Part shown: piece after piece, positions 29,601 to 39,351 of the stretch
How positions within the stretch are numbered: position 1 is the first letter of the stretch
How the letters are laid out: each line of letters starts with the position of its first letter
Source of the DNA: an uncultured cyanobacterium
Lineage (GTDB): Bacteria > Cyanobacteriota > Cyanobacteriia > Phormidesmidales > Phormidesmidaceae
Assembly (NCBI GenBank): GCA_963793265.1
Contig: CAWBZI010000004.1
Span: forward strand, 480,001 to 544,000
Direction of reading: 5' to 3'
Length of the DNA: 64,000 nt
Made by a program: the position numbers and the translations under genes
Notes under the pieces: generated by a model
Database searches by the model: none
What the model saw: the letters and a program-made list of their open reading frames with translations, nothing else
What the model was told of the DNA's origin: nothing

Positions 29601-30566
29601 ATGGCTAATACACTACTCTCTTTAACCACCATCTCCTCAGCCAAACAGCCCGGCGAACATCTGGGCGAACAGCGCTATTGGTACTGGCGTGGCTGGCGAA
29701 TTCGTTACACGCATCTTACTCAACCGTCAGGCAATTCAACTGCCGCTCCGCTACTGCTGCTACACGGTGCGGGCTCTAGCCTGGAGCAGTGGCGAGAGAA
29801 TCTGAGGGCATTTGCTCAAGAACGCCCGGTGTATGCGCTTGATTTAGTGGGATTTGGTGGGTCGCAAAAGGTCGCCGCTGAGCTGAATACCGATCTGTGG
29901 GTGGCGCAGGTCACGGCGTTTTGGCAGACCTGTTTAAAAAGATCGATGATTTTGATGGGGCATTCGCTCGGGGCTTCGGTGGCGTTGCAGGTGGCCGCGA
30001 CCTATCCCGAACAGGTGGAAAGGCTGGTGATGCTGACGCTGCCTGCAGCGAGAGAAGAACTGGGCGGCTCGGCGGCTAAGGTGGGCGCGGTGGTAGAAGG
30101 CTGGTTTGCTTCGCCGCTTTTACTGCGTCCGCTGTTTAAGCTGGTAAGCCAGCCCGGACTGATTCGCTCGGTGCTGCGAAAATTGCATCTCAACCCAGGC
30201 CGGGTCGATCGGGCTTTGGTCGATGGATTCGTCAGGCCGACGCAGGAGCGAGGGGCGGCGCGGACGTTTTGCTATTTGGTGAAGTCGCGGACGGCACCGG
30301 GATTTAGCCCGATGACGCGGAACCTAATTCCGCTGGTGCAGGTGCCTACGCTATTGCTTTGGGGGAAGTGCGATCGCGTCATCCCCATCTCCTGGGGCCA
30401 ATACGTCAACACCCTCAGCGCCCAGCTCACCTTTGTTGAAGTTGAAGAAGCAGGGCACTTTTTTTATGACGAAACCCCAGACCAGCTGCACGATCTGATA
30501 GATAGATGGCTGTTGGGACAGTTACCTGAGACGAATGAGAATCTTGTGTTGGACGCACCTACTTAG
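29601..30566 (+). CDS. Alpha/beta hydrolase
   Basis: LHG, GHSLG nucleophile elbow, D and GH catalytic residues. Confidence 0.9.
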   Translation: MANTLLSLTTISSAKQPGEHLGEQRYWYWRGWRIRYTHLTQPSGNSTAAPLLLLHGAGSSLEQWRENLRAFAQERPVYALDLVGFGGSQKVAAELNTDLWVAQVTAFWQTCLKRSMILMGHSLGASVALQVAATYPEQVERLVMLTLPAAREELGGSAAKVGAVVEGWFASPLLLRPLFKLVSQPGLIRSVLRKLHLNPGRVDRALVDGFVRPTQERGAARTFCYLVKSRTAPGFSPMTRNLIPLVQVPTLLLWGKCDRVIPISWGQYVNTLSAQLTFVEVEEAGHFFYDETPDQLHDLIDRWLLGQLPETNENLVLDAPT

Positions 30567-31695
30567 GCATGAAGGTCTTAAACTCCTGACGGCGCTGCTT
30601 CCAACGGCGAATAGAAGCCGCTTGGCGACTAGCTTGTGATCGCCCCCCTTCCTCGCCATAGCTTTCTACCAAGCAAGCCTTAGCCTTTTGCGCAATCGGC
30701 TTAGTGGTCAGGCACGGTGTTAACGCCTCGTAGTGATCTTCTAAGCTCATCGCGCGCTCAAGTGCCTCAATCGATTGAAAACGGCGCGCGGTTTCAGGGT
30801 GGAGCATCTTTGCCACAATGCGTGTGAAGTGCGGGCTGAGGCTAACAGACTCCTGCCAGCGGAGGTTTTGCCCTTGCGGAGAAACCGCCAGATCTAAAGG
30901 AGAAATTTTGGTGAGCAAATACAGACAGGTGACGCCGAGAGCATAGATATCGCTGGCATAAGAAGGCTTGCCCGCAAGCTGCTCACTGGGAGAGAAGCCA
31001 AGGGTGCCGGTACCGCGATCGCCTTCTCCCGACAGCGCATCGTTCGGATACCGGCGAACCGCACCAAAATCTATCAGCACCAGACGGTCGTCGCTGCTGC
31101 GACGAATGATATTAGAAGGCTTGATATCTAAATGCAGCAAGCCCTGGCGGTGAATATAGTGAACGATCGGCAGCATGTCTCGCAGAAATTGCTTAACCTG
31201 CGCTTCTGTCTGCGGCCCGCTCTGGCTGATTTCGCGGCTGAGCGTCTGACCGTCAATATGCTCTTGGACGAGGTAAAACTGGCCTTTATCCGTAAAATGA
31301 TCTAGCAGACAGGGCAGCTGATTATGTCGGCCTAATCGGGCCATCATTCGCGTTTCCCTTAGGAACCGGCGCTTGATCCGCTCTTGGGCCATGGCCGTTT
31401 TTGCGCTTTGAGCAATCATTGCAGCCGGTTGAATCTGATACCGCAACTGCTTGATAACGCAGGGCAACGGCACTGGCCCTGAAACGTCTTGAGCCAAATA
31501 AGTTGTGCCAAACCCGCCTTTGCCTAACCGGCGAGTAATCTCAAAGCGATCTTTGAATAGACGCTTGGGTGACTGAACATTGCCCGCTTTGTCCTGAAAG
31601 CTGGTGATTTCTTCTCTGTCATTTCTATATTGTGTAGCGGGAGAAGTGGAAGCGATCGCAGGCGTTTCTAACGGGTGGAGCAAGGAGGAGTTCAT
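30559..31695 (-). CDS. Ser/Thr protein kinase (Pkn2-like)
   Basis: GKGGFG, VIK, HLDIKPSN, DFG, SDIYALG. Confidence 0.92.
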   Translation of the reverse strand: MNSSLLHPLETPAIASTSPATQYRNDREEITSFQDKAGNVQSPKRLFKDRFEITRRLGKGGFGTTYLAQDVSGPVPLPCVIKQLRYQIQPAAMIAQSAKTAMAQERIKRRFLRETRMMARLGRHNQLPCLLDHFTDKGQFYLVQEHIDGQTLSREISQSGPQTEAQVKQFLRDMLPIVHYIHRQGLLHLDIKPSNIIRRSSDDRLVLIDFGAVRRYPNDALSGEGDRGTGTLGFSPSEQLAGKPSYASDIYALGVTCLYLLTKISPLDLAVSPQGQNLRWQESVSLSPHFTRIVAKMLHPETARRFQSIEALERAMSLEDHYEALTPCLTTKPIAQKAKACLVESYGEEGGRSQASRQAASIRRWKQRRQEFKTFMPK

Positions 31696-31833
31696 GGCAG
31701 TTCAGTACTTTCAGATGCGGGCAGGTGGTCAATCCAAAAAATCGAAAGATCAGTGTAAGTGCGTATAAAACACGTCTCTTTGTTTGATAATGGCCGCAAT
31801 ATTACTGAGATGCCTTCAGTATTGTTCTAAGCT

Positions 31834-33001
31834 TTAAATTAGACGATGAATAGGTAAGGAGAAGCTGAAGGTGCTGCCCACGTCTGGCTCACTTTGCGCG
31901 GTGATTTGGCCCCCTTGCAGCTCTACTAGGCGGCGGCAGATGGCCAGGCCAATGCCCGAACCGCCAGAGGTGCGATCGCGCGATCTATCGGCTCGCCAAA
32001 ACCTCTCAAACACATGCGGCAAATCCGCCGCTGCAATACCCAAACCCGTATCTGATATCGCTACCTGCACATATTTTTCTTTGGTGAAGGTGCTAATCTT
32101 TCACCTCACCTGAGGGCGTGTGTCGCAGGGCATTGCTCAGTAGGTTCACTAGCACCTGCTCTACGCGAGCCGGATCGCCCCAAACAGGCGGCAGGTTCTC
32201 GGCTATGTCGGTTTTGAGCTGTAGGGCTTCGGAGCCTAAAAGCTGATCGGCAAAGCGATCGCTCACCCTTAAAATCAAAGGCGCTAAAGCCATCTCCTGC
32301 GCGTCAATCGACAGATAGCCCGACTCCAGCTTAGATAGCTCTTGCAGGTCATCCACTAGCCGCTGAAGCCGCTCGGTTTCAGTGGCTAATCTGCCATACG
32401 TTTGCGCTGAAGGCTCAATCGTCCCATCCGCTAGCCCCTCCAAATAGCCTCTTACAATCGTCAGCGGCGTACGCAGCTCATGGCTCAAATCACCCACCAA
32501 ATCTCGCCGCCGCTGCTCCACCCCTTCCAAGTCATCAGCCATCCGGTTAAAGCCGTGGCCTAGCCGGTCAAACTCAGGAATATCAAGCGGCGGCACTCGC
32601 GAAGAGAAATCGCCCGCCGCAAACTGCTGCGTTACTTTTTCCATCCGCAATAGGGGCCGCGCAATTCGCTGCGATAGCCAGTAGCTCGCTGCCCCTGCCG
32701 TCGCACCGCCCAGTATAATCGACCACATCATGCCACGTATCCAGGCGTCTTCAAACCCTCGCAAAAGCTGCCCCCTCACCTGCTGAATGCGAACGCCGCG
32801 GCGCTCCATTTGCTCTAAAGTCACCACAAAATATCGAGGCGTATAAAGGCGACTGACCGCAGCTAGTGCTATTACGGTTACTGCTAAGACGATGAGCTGC
32901 GAAATTAGAAGGCGGCTACGTAGGCTTTGCTTATCTTTGGTGCCAAATACGTGTTTATCCGGGTGACTTGAGCTATCAGTGGCGCTAGTTTTTGGAGTCA
33001 T
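31834..33001 (-). pseudogene. BaeS-like sensor histidine kinase (HAMP-HisKA-HATPase) split by a 1-nt frameshift near 32100
   Basis: 32093-33001 has TMs, HAMP, SHELRTPL and N-box; 31834-32070 has DTG, F-box and GSGIGL; removing one A from GTGAAAGATT gives a continuous 388-aa kinase. Confidence 0.85.
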
Positions 33002-33723
33002 CAGGCATCCTCAAACCGATAGCCTACGCCAACAACTGTTTTTACAAACGAGGGGGCAGATGGATTAGGCTCTATTTTTTTACGCAACCGAGCAATGTGA
33101 GCATCGACGACTCTCTCATCACCAAAAAAGTCATTGCCCCACAGTTTTTCAATGAGCTGTGAGCGGTTCCACACTCGCCCCGGATAGCTCATAAAGGTGG
33201 CTAGCAGGTCAAACTCTAACGGCGTGAGTTCTAAGAGCTGCTGTGAGTCGGGCGCATCAGCGATTTGCTCAGTAGTTTGATGGGCCGTTCGCTGGTCGAG
33301 ATCAAGGGTGAAGTGACTGGTTTGATAGGTGCGGCTGGCGCTTTGTCCGCCCTGTCTGAGGCTGCGGCGCAATACAGCGCGAACCCTGGCAACCAGCTCG
33401 CGCGGGCTAAAGGGCTTCACCATGTAGTCGTCGGCCCCAGTCGATAGCCCAATGATGCGGTCTATTTCCTCACCTTTAGCCGTGAGCATCATGATGTAGG
33501 GATCTTTGAGCCCTTTTTGCTGGCGAATGCGAGCGCAAACCTCTAGCCCGTCCAAGCCGGGCAGCATCAGATCTAGAATGATGAGGTCAGGCTGCACCGT
33601 TTTGAATCGTTCGAGGGCCGCACTGCCTTCTCGGCAAATGTGACAGGTAAATCCTTCTTTAGACAAATAAAGCTGGATAAGTTCGGCAATTTCGACCTCA
33701 TCTTCCACAATCAGAATGTCCAT
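33001..33723 (-). CDS. OmpR/PhoB-family response regulator
   Basis: VEDE, LDLMLP, KPF, winged helix VDAHIARLRKK; overlaps kinase start by 1 nt. Confidence 0.95.
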   Translation of the reverse strand: MDILIVEDEVEIAELIQLYLSKEGFTCHICREGSAALERFKTVQPDLIILDLMLPGLDGLEVCARIRQQKGLKDPYIMMLTAKGEEIDRIIGLSTGADDYMVKPFSPRELVARVRAVLRRSLRQGGQSASRTYQTSHFTLDLDQRTAHQTTEQIADAPDSQQLLELTPLEFDLLATFMSYPGRVWNRSQLIEKLWGNDFFGDERVVDAHIARLRKKIEPNPSAPSFVKTVVGVGYRFEDA

Positions 33724-33917
33724 AGCTAAACTTTAATGTCTCCTTCCCATGTACCTGCTTGGTGTGACCGTTAATAAAAGTCCGTAAAGGTGGCTTGCTA
33801 ACTTGCCCTAGCTGTGGTTGTGGCCTAATCTCTCTAAAGGGTAGTGTATCGCCTGCCAACGACTCTCCCCGGTGCATCTTATTTATATATTTTTGGAAAT
33901 ATCAGCGTTCTCAATGA

Positions 33918-36900
33918 ATGCTCCGTATTATGTCTGCACTTACCTTTGAGCTTTTATCGGCAGAACTGACTGAGACTATTACAGGCCAAGGCAATACGCC
34001 GCCTGAAACCACCGCTCGCTGTACGCTGGGCCGAGATAAGGTGATGGTGCTGGTAGAGTATCCGCTAGATAGTGCTCAAGCTGAGCCGATGGCAACCCAA
34101 ACGCTGGACTGGCTAGAGCGACAGCTTCGCGAGCAGTTTGATACTGCCGGTTTGCCTGAAGAAGCTGCTGAGCTGGCTGAAGTCGGGGCTGAAGTGCCTG
34201 TACAGCTATTTTTGAAGCACGTCAGTGAAACTAAGCCGTTTACGATGCGCTCGTTCATTTGGAAGGTGGATGATGGCTTTGATGATCTATTCGGTGAGCT
34301 AGGCAGCGAAAACTTTCTAGAGTCTGAGATTGAGCAAGCGGCTAAGTCAGATATAGACGAGGAAAATAGGGCTGAAGCGCCAGTTTTACAGACGGTGCAG
34401 ATGGGTGCGATCGCTTCTACAAGCGCTAAACCAGAAAATGCCGGGTCAGAACAGCCACCTACCGACGACGCCAACTACGACAAACCCTACTTTCATAGAG
34501 CTATTGCTGAACCTGTCTCTACCGCCGAAGCAGATGTTGCCGAGGATGAGGCGATCGCATCTAACGCTGAAGCGTCTAGCGCCACAGAAATTACGGCAAC
34601 CGGCATCAACGCTGTAAAAACGGGTGTTTTACCAGAGTCAGGCGTCGCCAACGAACCCGCTTTTGCGACATCCCTTTCAGATGATTCAGATGACACAGAC
34701 AGCATAGGTATAGACAGCTTAGATGAAGAGGAATTAGTCCCTCCAGAGCTAGACCACGATCATTTCCAGATCGAGCCTGAGAATGAACTATCTGAGGAAG
34801 CTCAATTTGAATCAGAGAAGGCTTTTGGCTTAGAAAGTTTAGACGGTATTTTTCAGCTAGACGACGAACTTGCCCTAGCCTCTGAAGCTTCATTAGATGC
34901 TGATTTAGCCGCTGATCTATCCGCTGCTGGACTATCTGTAGGAGAACCAGCCACAGAGCTAATGTTGCCGGGTGAATCACCAGAGCTAGACGTGGACGAG
35001 TTCAACCTACCAACGCTAGATTTGCCGGGTGCTAATGTGCCAGGGATTCAGCCTGCCGATGCGGAATTTTTCAATATCGAAGCAGCCAGTTCCACTCAGA
35101 CATGCTTAGAAGAGCCGGTTGAACTCGATTTCTCAGCAGATCTAGAGGCATCTTTGGCTGCGTCTTTAACCCATACTCACGAGATCACAGGTGAGATACC
35201 AGCAGCGCACGCTGACTCTGATGTGGTGATTGCGCCTGAAGAAAGCACTCTCGAAGCGCACACGCCTGAAGAAGATATCTCTGAAGAAGAGGATGCCTTT
35301 GAAGAAATGTCATTGTCTGAAGAGCTGTCGTTAGAGGAGTCTGAAGACACCTACACCTATGCAGACACCTACTCGGACGCCGATACCTATTCAGACGCCG
35401 ACCTCTCTTTAGACCCTGATCTCTACTTAGCGGAGCCCGACCTATCTTTAGACTCTGATTTGTCTGACGAAGCGGACTATGACAGTACAGCTAGCGCAGC
35501 CGATACAGCTGACGACATAGAGACTTACGGCTACCAGGAAGAGACGACTGAAGAAGACTACGAAATCGATCCGGCCTATCAGCTAGGCGATCCGTCAGCC
35601 GTTGATACTGAAGGCGAACCGCTAGAGCCAGTAGCATTGATAGACGAAAACGAGGTGCAGCGGCAGCGCGAGCTATGGAATCAGCAATCGCAATCGCGCA
35701 ACCCCTGGATCTTTGCAGGAGCGTTGGGCTTTGTTGTTGTTGGTCTTTTAGGCTTTGTATTCAGTCGTCCTTGCACATTTGGCGAGTGCACCCGTCTGCA
35801 AACGGCCCAAACCCTGAGCGAAGAAGCCATCAGCGACCTGCGAGGCGAGTCATCTTTGGCCGCTGTGAACGATTCCAAGCAGCAGCTCAAGCGATCCGTT
35901 CGTTTACTTGCACCAATTCCTCTCTGGTCGCGCTACTACAGTCAGGCGCAGGCCCTTTTGCCTGAATATGAGGAACAGGTGCGATCACTCGACTATATAA
36001 CCGAAGCTCAGGCCAAAGCCTACCAGGCCGCCGTAGACTCTCAAGATCCACCGCACCCTGTCTCTACCTGGCAGGAAATCGCTGCTGGCTGGCTAGCGGC
36101 CTCTGAAGCGCTAGAAGCCGTGCCCGCTGACAGCCCTGTGCGAGAGCTAGCCGACCGTAAGCTCACTGAATATCGGGCGAACCGGGCCACTATTTTGGTG
36201 CGAATTGACGCTGAGTCTAAAGCTGAGGTGGGAATGCGTCAGGCTCAGCAAAATGCCAGTTTGGGCACTAAGCAGATTCAGGCGGCAGGTGCCTTAGAAG
36301 ATTGGGAAACGGCGCTGGCCTCTTGGGAAACAGCGGTTGATAATTTGAGCCAAATCCCGCAGGGTACGAAAGCACATGGGGAGGCACAGGAGCTTTTGCC
36401 TGAGTATATAGAGAAGCTGGAGGAGGTGCGATCGCGCACAGAACAGGAACGCAGCGCCAGCCGCAGCCTATTCCAGGCCAAACAAATTGCCGTAGAAGCC
36501 CAGAGGGCCGAAGCTGAGGAGCAGTGGAGCACCGCCGTTGAAAACTGGCAGGCCGCGCTAAGACAGCTTCAGACCGTGCGTGAAGGCACCTTGGCTTACG
36601 CCGAAGCTCAGGCTGTTGCAGGTCTTTACACCGCCGCGCTCAGCAAAGCTGAAAACAACTTTCAAATTGCGCTACGGTTTCAGCCGGTCGAGCCTGGCTT
36701 TTTCACCGTTTGCGGCGTTGCAGATACCCAAAAGTGCACCTACTCCGTGCGCTCAGGCAGCGTCCGCCTAGATCTTTTCGACGGCTACGATACGGTCATC
36801 AACGAGTCCATTACCCCCCCCGATCAGCGCAACGGAGCCGTCGAAGTCTCTCAGCTTGTGGGCGAATCTAATCGGCTGCTGCGAGAGATCACGCTGCTGA

Positions 36901-36992
36901 GCACTCAGGGCCAGCTACCGATTGAGCTATACGATGCCAACGGTGATTTCCTCGCCCGCTACCGCCCCGACTTAAACGGCTTCACCCGGTAG
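33918..36992 (+). CDS. Large bitopic hypothetical protein (N-terminal domain, long acidic linker, one TM, helical periplasmic domain)
   Basis: 1024-aa ORF; very D/E-rich middle; TM WIFAGALGFVVVGLLGFVF followed by RPCTFGEC. Confidence 0.75.
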   Translation: MLRIMSALTFELLSAELTETITGQGNTPPETTARCTLGRDKVMVLVEYPLDSAQAEPMATQTLDWLERQLREQFDTAGLPEEAAELAEVGAEVPVQLFLKHVSETKPFTMRSFIWKVDDGFDDLFGELGSENFLESEIEQAAKSDIDEENRAEAPVLQTVQMGAIASTSAKPENAGSEQPPTDDANYDKPYFHRAIAEPVSTAEADVAEDEAIASNAEASSATEITATGINAVKTGVLPESGVANEPAFATSLSDDSDDTDSIGIDSLDEEELVPPELDHDHFQIEPENELSEEAQFESEKAFGLESLDGIFQLDDELALASEASLDADLAADLSAAGLSVGEPATELMLPGESPELDVDEFNLPTLDLPGANVPGIQPADAEFFNIEAASSTQTCLEEPVELDFSADLEASLAASLTHTHEITGEIPAAHADSDVVIAPEESTLEAHTPEEDISEEEDAFEEMSLSEELSLEESEDTYTYADTYSDADTYSDADLSLDPDLYLAEPDLSLDSDLSDEADYDSTASAADTADDIETYGYQEETTEEDYEIDPAYQLGDPSAVDTEGEPLEPVALIDENEVQRQRELWNQQSQSRNPWIFAGALGFVVVGLLGFVFSRPCTFGECTRLQTAQTLSEEAISDLRGESSLAAVNDSKQQLKRSVRLLAPIPLWSRYYSQAQALLPEYEEQVRSLDYITEAQAKAYQAAVDSQDPPHPVSTWQEIAAGWLAASEALEAVPADSPVRELADRKLTEYRANRATILVRIDAESKAEVGMRQAQQNASLGTKQIQAAGALEDWETALASWETAVDNLSQIPQGTKAHGEAQELLPEYIEKLEEVRSRTEQERSASRSLFQAKQIAVEAQRAEAEEQWSTAVENWQAALRQLQTVREGTLAYAEAQAVAGLYTAALSKAENNFQIALRFQPVEPGFFTVCGVADTQKCTYSVRSGSVRLDLFDGYDTVINESITPPDQRNGAVEVSQLVGESNRLLREITLLSTQGQLPIELYDANGDFLARYRPDLNGFTR

Positions 36993-37005
36993 AGGCAGCG
37001 TCAGA

Positions 37006-37779
37006 CTATTGCGGATCGACAAGCTGCATGGCCGCTGTAAAAAACTGCCGCATAATGCCAAATGTCACGACCAGCGCTGCGATCAAAGTCGCCAGCGCCA
37101 GCATAAACATAATCAAAATCTGATAGACCGCAGCCGTCAAAGGATCTGCGCCCGCTAGAATTTGGCCGGTAATCATCCCCGGTAGCGTCACCAGTCCCAC
37201 CACCATCATCGCGTTAATGGTAGGAATTAGCCCGGCCTTAATCGCCGCCTGCCGGTAGGTTTGTACGGCCTGAGCAGGCGTTGCCCCCAAGCTCAAATGC
37301 GTTTCTATTTCAATGCGATTATTTCGCAGCGCGCTCACCAGCCGCTCACCCGCAATTGAAGCTGCCGTCATCGCATTGCCCAGCACAATCCCTGTCAGCG
37401 GAATCAGGTAGCGCGGGTCGTACCAGGGGTCGGGCTGAATTACAAACAGGCTCACGTAGGTCATCGTTATCAGCCCGCTGCCAAATACGGCCAGCCACAC
37501 CCACTGCAATAGCCTGGGCAGCTCGCGATCTATGCGGCTGCGGGCGACAACGGCGGCAATCGTTACCATGCCGATGAGTACCGCTAATATGGCTAGCGGA
37601 TTGCGAGTTTCAAAGATGATAGCGAGGAAAAGGCCGATGCCTAAGAGCTGAACTATCGTGCGGACAGTGGCGATCGCCAGCATTTTTGAAAGGCCCAAGC
37701 CCTGCCAGCTTGATAGACCAATAGCGATCGCCATCAGTCCTACCGCCCACAGCATCCCTATCAAGCTCGGCTCAATCAT
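37006..37779 (-). CDS. fetB: UPF0014/FetB-family ABC permease
   Basis: RTIVQL, RYLIPLTG.VLGN, GLVTLPGMITGQIL; start set at MIEPSL (track start 37875 probably too long). Confidence 0.85.
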   Translation of the reverse strand: MIEPSLIGMLWAVGLMAIAIGLSSWQGLGLSKMLAIATVRTIVQLLGIGLFLAIIFETRNPLAILAVLIGMVTIAAVVARSRIDRELPRLLQWVWLAVFGSGLITMTYVSLFVIQPDPWYDPRYLIPLTGIVLGNAMTAASIAGERLVSALRNNRIEIETHLSLGATPAQAVQTYRQAAIKAGLIPTINAMMVVGLVTLPGMITGQILAGADPLTAAVYQILIMFMLALATLIAALVVTFGIMRQFFTAAMQLVDPQ

Positions 37780-37952
37780 TACCTCAAATTCCCAAAAGGT
37801 GAAAAACAGCGTGTCAGCCGATGAATTCGTCCGCTTGCTGGTCACATCATCCCGCAAAATCGCTGTAGAATGCACCAGAAGTCATGCATTCGCAGCTTAG
37901 TTCTCCAATAAATCGGCGCTCTCACCTACCGCCCTCATTTTTAGGTATTAAT

Positions 37953-39089
37953 GTGAACAAAGTCATCACCCCGGTTCCGCCTCTCGATCTGACTCGTCAA
38001 TACGCCACGATTGAAAGTGACGTGAGTGCAGCCGTTTTGAAGGTGCTGGCTTCAGGGCAGTACATTAATGGCCCGGTGGTGCAGTCGTTTTCAGATGAGT
38101 TTGGTGAGTATGTGGGCACTGACGAGTGCGTGGTGTGTAATTCAGGCACAGATGCGCTGTATCTGGCACTGCGGGCGCTAAATATTGGTGCAGGCGATGA
38201 GGTGATTACCTCGCCTTTTACATTTATTGCCACGGCTGAGGCAATCAGTGCGGTTGGGGCTAAGCCCGTTTTTATTGATATTGAGCTAGCCACCTTTAAT
38301 TTTGATCCGAGCAAACTAGAGGCCGCGATTACCGAGCGCACGAAGGCGATTATGCCTGTGCATATTTTTGGCCAGCCGGTAGACATGGATGCGGTGATGG
38401 CCGTTGCCAATAAGCATTCTCTGCCAGTGATTGAAGACTGCGCCCAGGCCACAGGAGCGCGCTGGGACGATAGAAAAGTCGGTAGCATTGGCCGCGTGGG
38501 CTGCTTTAGCTTTTTTCCCACCAAGAACTTAGGCGGCTGTGGAGACGGTGGCGCGCTGACGACAAACGATCCTGAGATTGCCGCAACTGCCCGGCTGATT
38601 CGCGACCATGGCAGTAAGGAGCGCTATCACCATGAGGCTATCGGTATCAACAGCCGGTTGGATGCGGTGCAGGCGGCGATTTTGAAAATTAAGCTTCAGT
38701 ACTTGGAAAAATGGAACGCTCAGCGGCGAGACGTTGCCGCGTACTACCGGCAGCTATTAGCGCCGATTGACGGGGTGCGATCGCCCGGTGCGATGGGTCA
38801 TACCGTATGGAATCAGTACAGCATTTTGCTAGAAGGGTTCGACGGCGATAAGCGCGATCGCCTGCGCGAGAATATGAAAGCACAAGGCGTTGCGACGATG
38901 GTGTACTACCCACTGCCTTTGCACCGTCAGCCTGTCTTCAAAGACCTGGGCTACTCATCGGCGTCACTGCCTGTGACCGATCGGGCCGCTAATGAAGTGC
39001 TGGCTTTACCCATGTTTCCAGAACTCACTGCCGCGCAGCAAGAGCAAGTTGTTCAAGCTTTGAAAAACGCGATGGAAGAAATACGTTAG
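37953..39089 (+). CDS. DegT/DnrJ/EryC1/StrS-family PLP aminotransferase
   Basis: NSGTDAL, EDCAQ, SFFPTKNLG, NSRLD; probable GTG start 37953 (track 37884). Confidence 0.92.
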   Translation: MNKVITPVPPLDLTRQYATIESDVSAAVLKVLASGQYINGPVVQSFSDEFGEYVGTDECVVCNSGTDALYLALRALNIGAGDEVITSPFTFIATAEAISAVGAKPVFIDIELATFNFDPSKLEAAITERTKAIMPVHIFGQPVDMDAVMAVANKHSLPVIEDCAQATGARWDDRKVGSIGRVGCFSFFPTKNLGGCGDGGALTTNDPEIAATARLIRDHGSKERYHHEAIGINSRLDAVQAAILKIKLQYLEKWNAQRRDVAAYYRQLLAPIDGVRSPGAMGHTVWNQYSILLEGFDGDKRDRLRENMKAQGVATMVYYPLPLHRQPVFKDLGYSSASLPVTDRAANEVLALPMFPELTAAQQEQVVQALKNAMEEIR

Positions 39090-39351
39090 AAAGCGCCTAT
39101 ATTCTCTCTATTCTTTATGTTTTCTTTCAGTTGAAAATAGCGCTTAGCCCCATATCAAAGATCACGCCAAAATGCCGGTACAAAAAGACCTGTGGCGGGT
39201 GGAAATCCGTCTATGGGGCCGCACCCTTTTTTGTACTTTTGTATACTATTGTAAGAATATGTGAGCGTGCTGTCTGTGCAAGAAAGTCTCTTTTATGGAG
39301 TATTTGCACCTAGCGGTAACGCTTTAACCGTGAGTGTAGCTTTTTGCCGCT

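Noticed and set aside
31834..32070. Standalone 78-aa ATPase-domain gene
   Set aside because: It is the out-of-frame C-terminus of the upstream kinase
39131..39313. 60-aa intergenic ORF
   Set aside because: TTG start, no RBS or motif; spans terminator/promoter-like sequence
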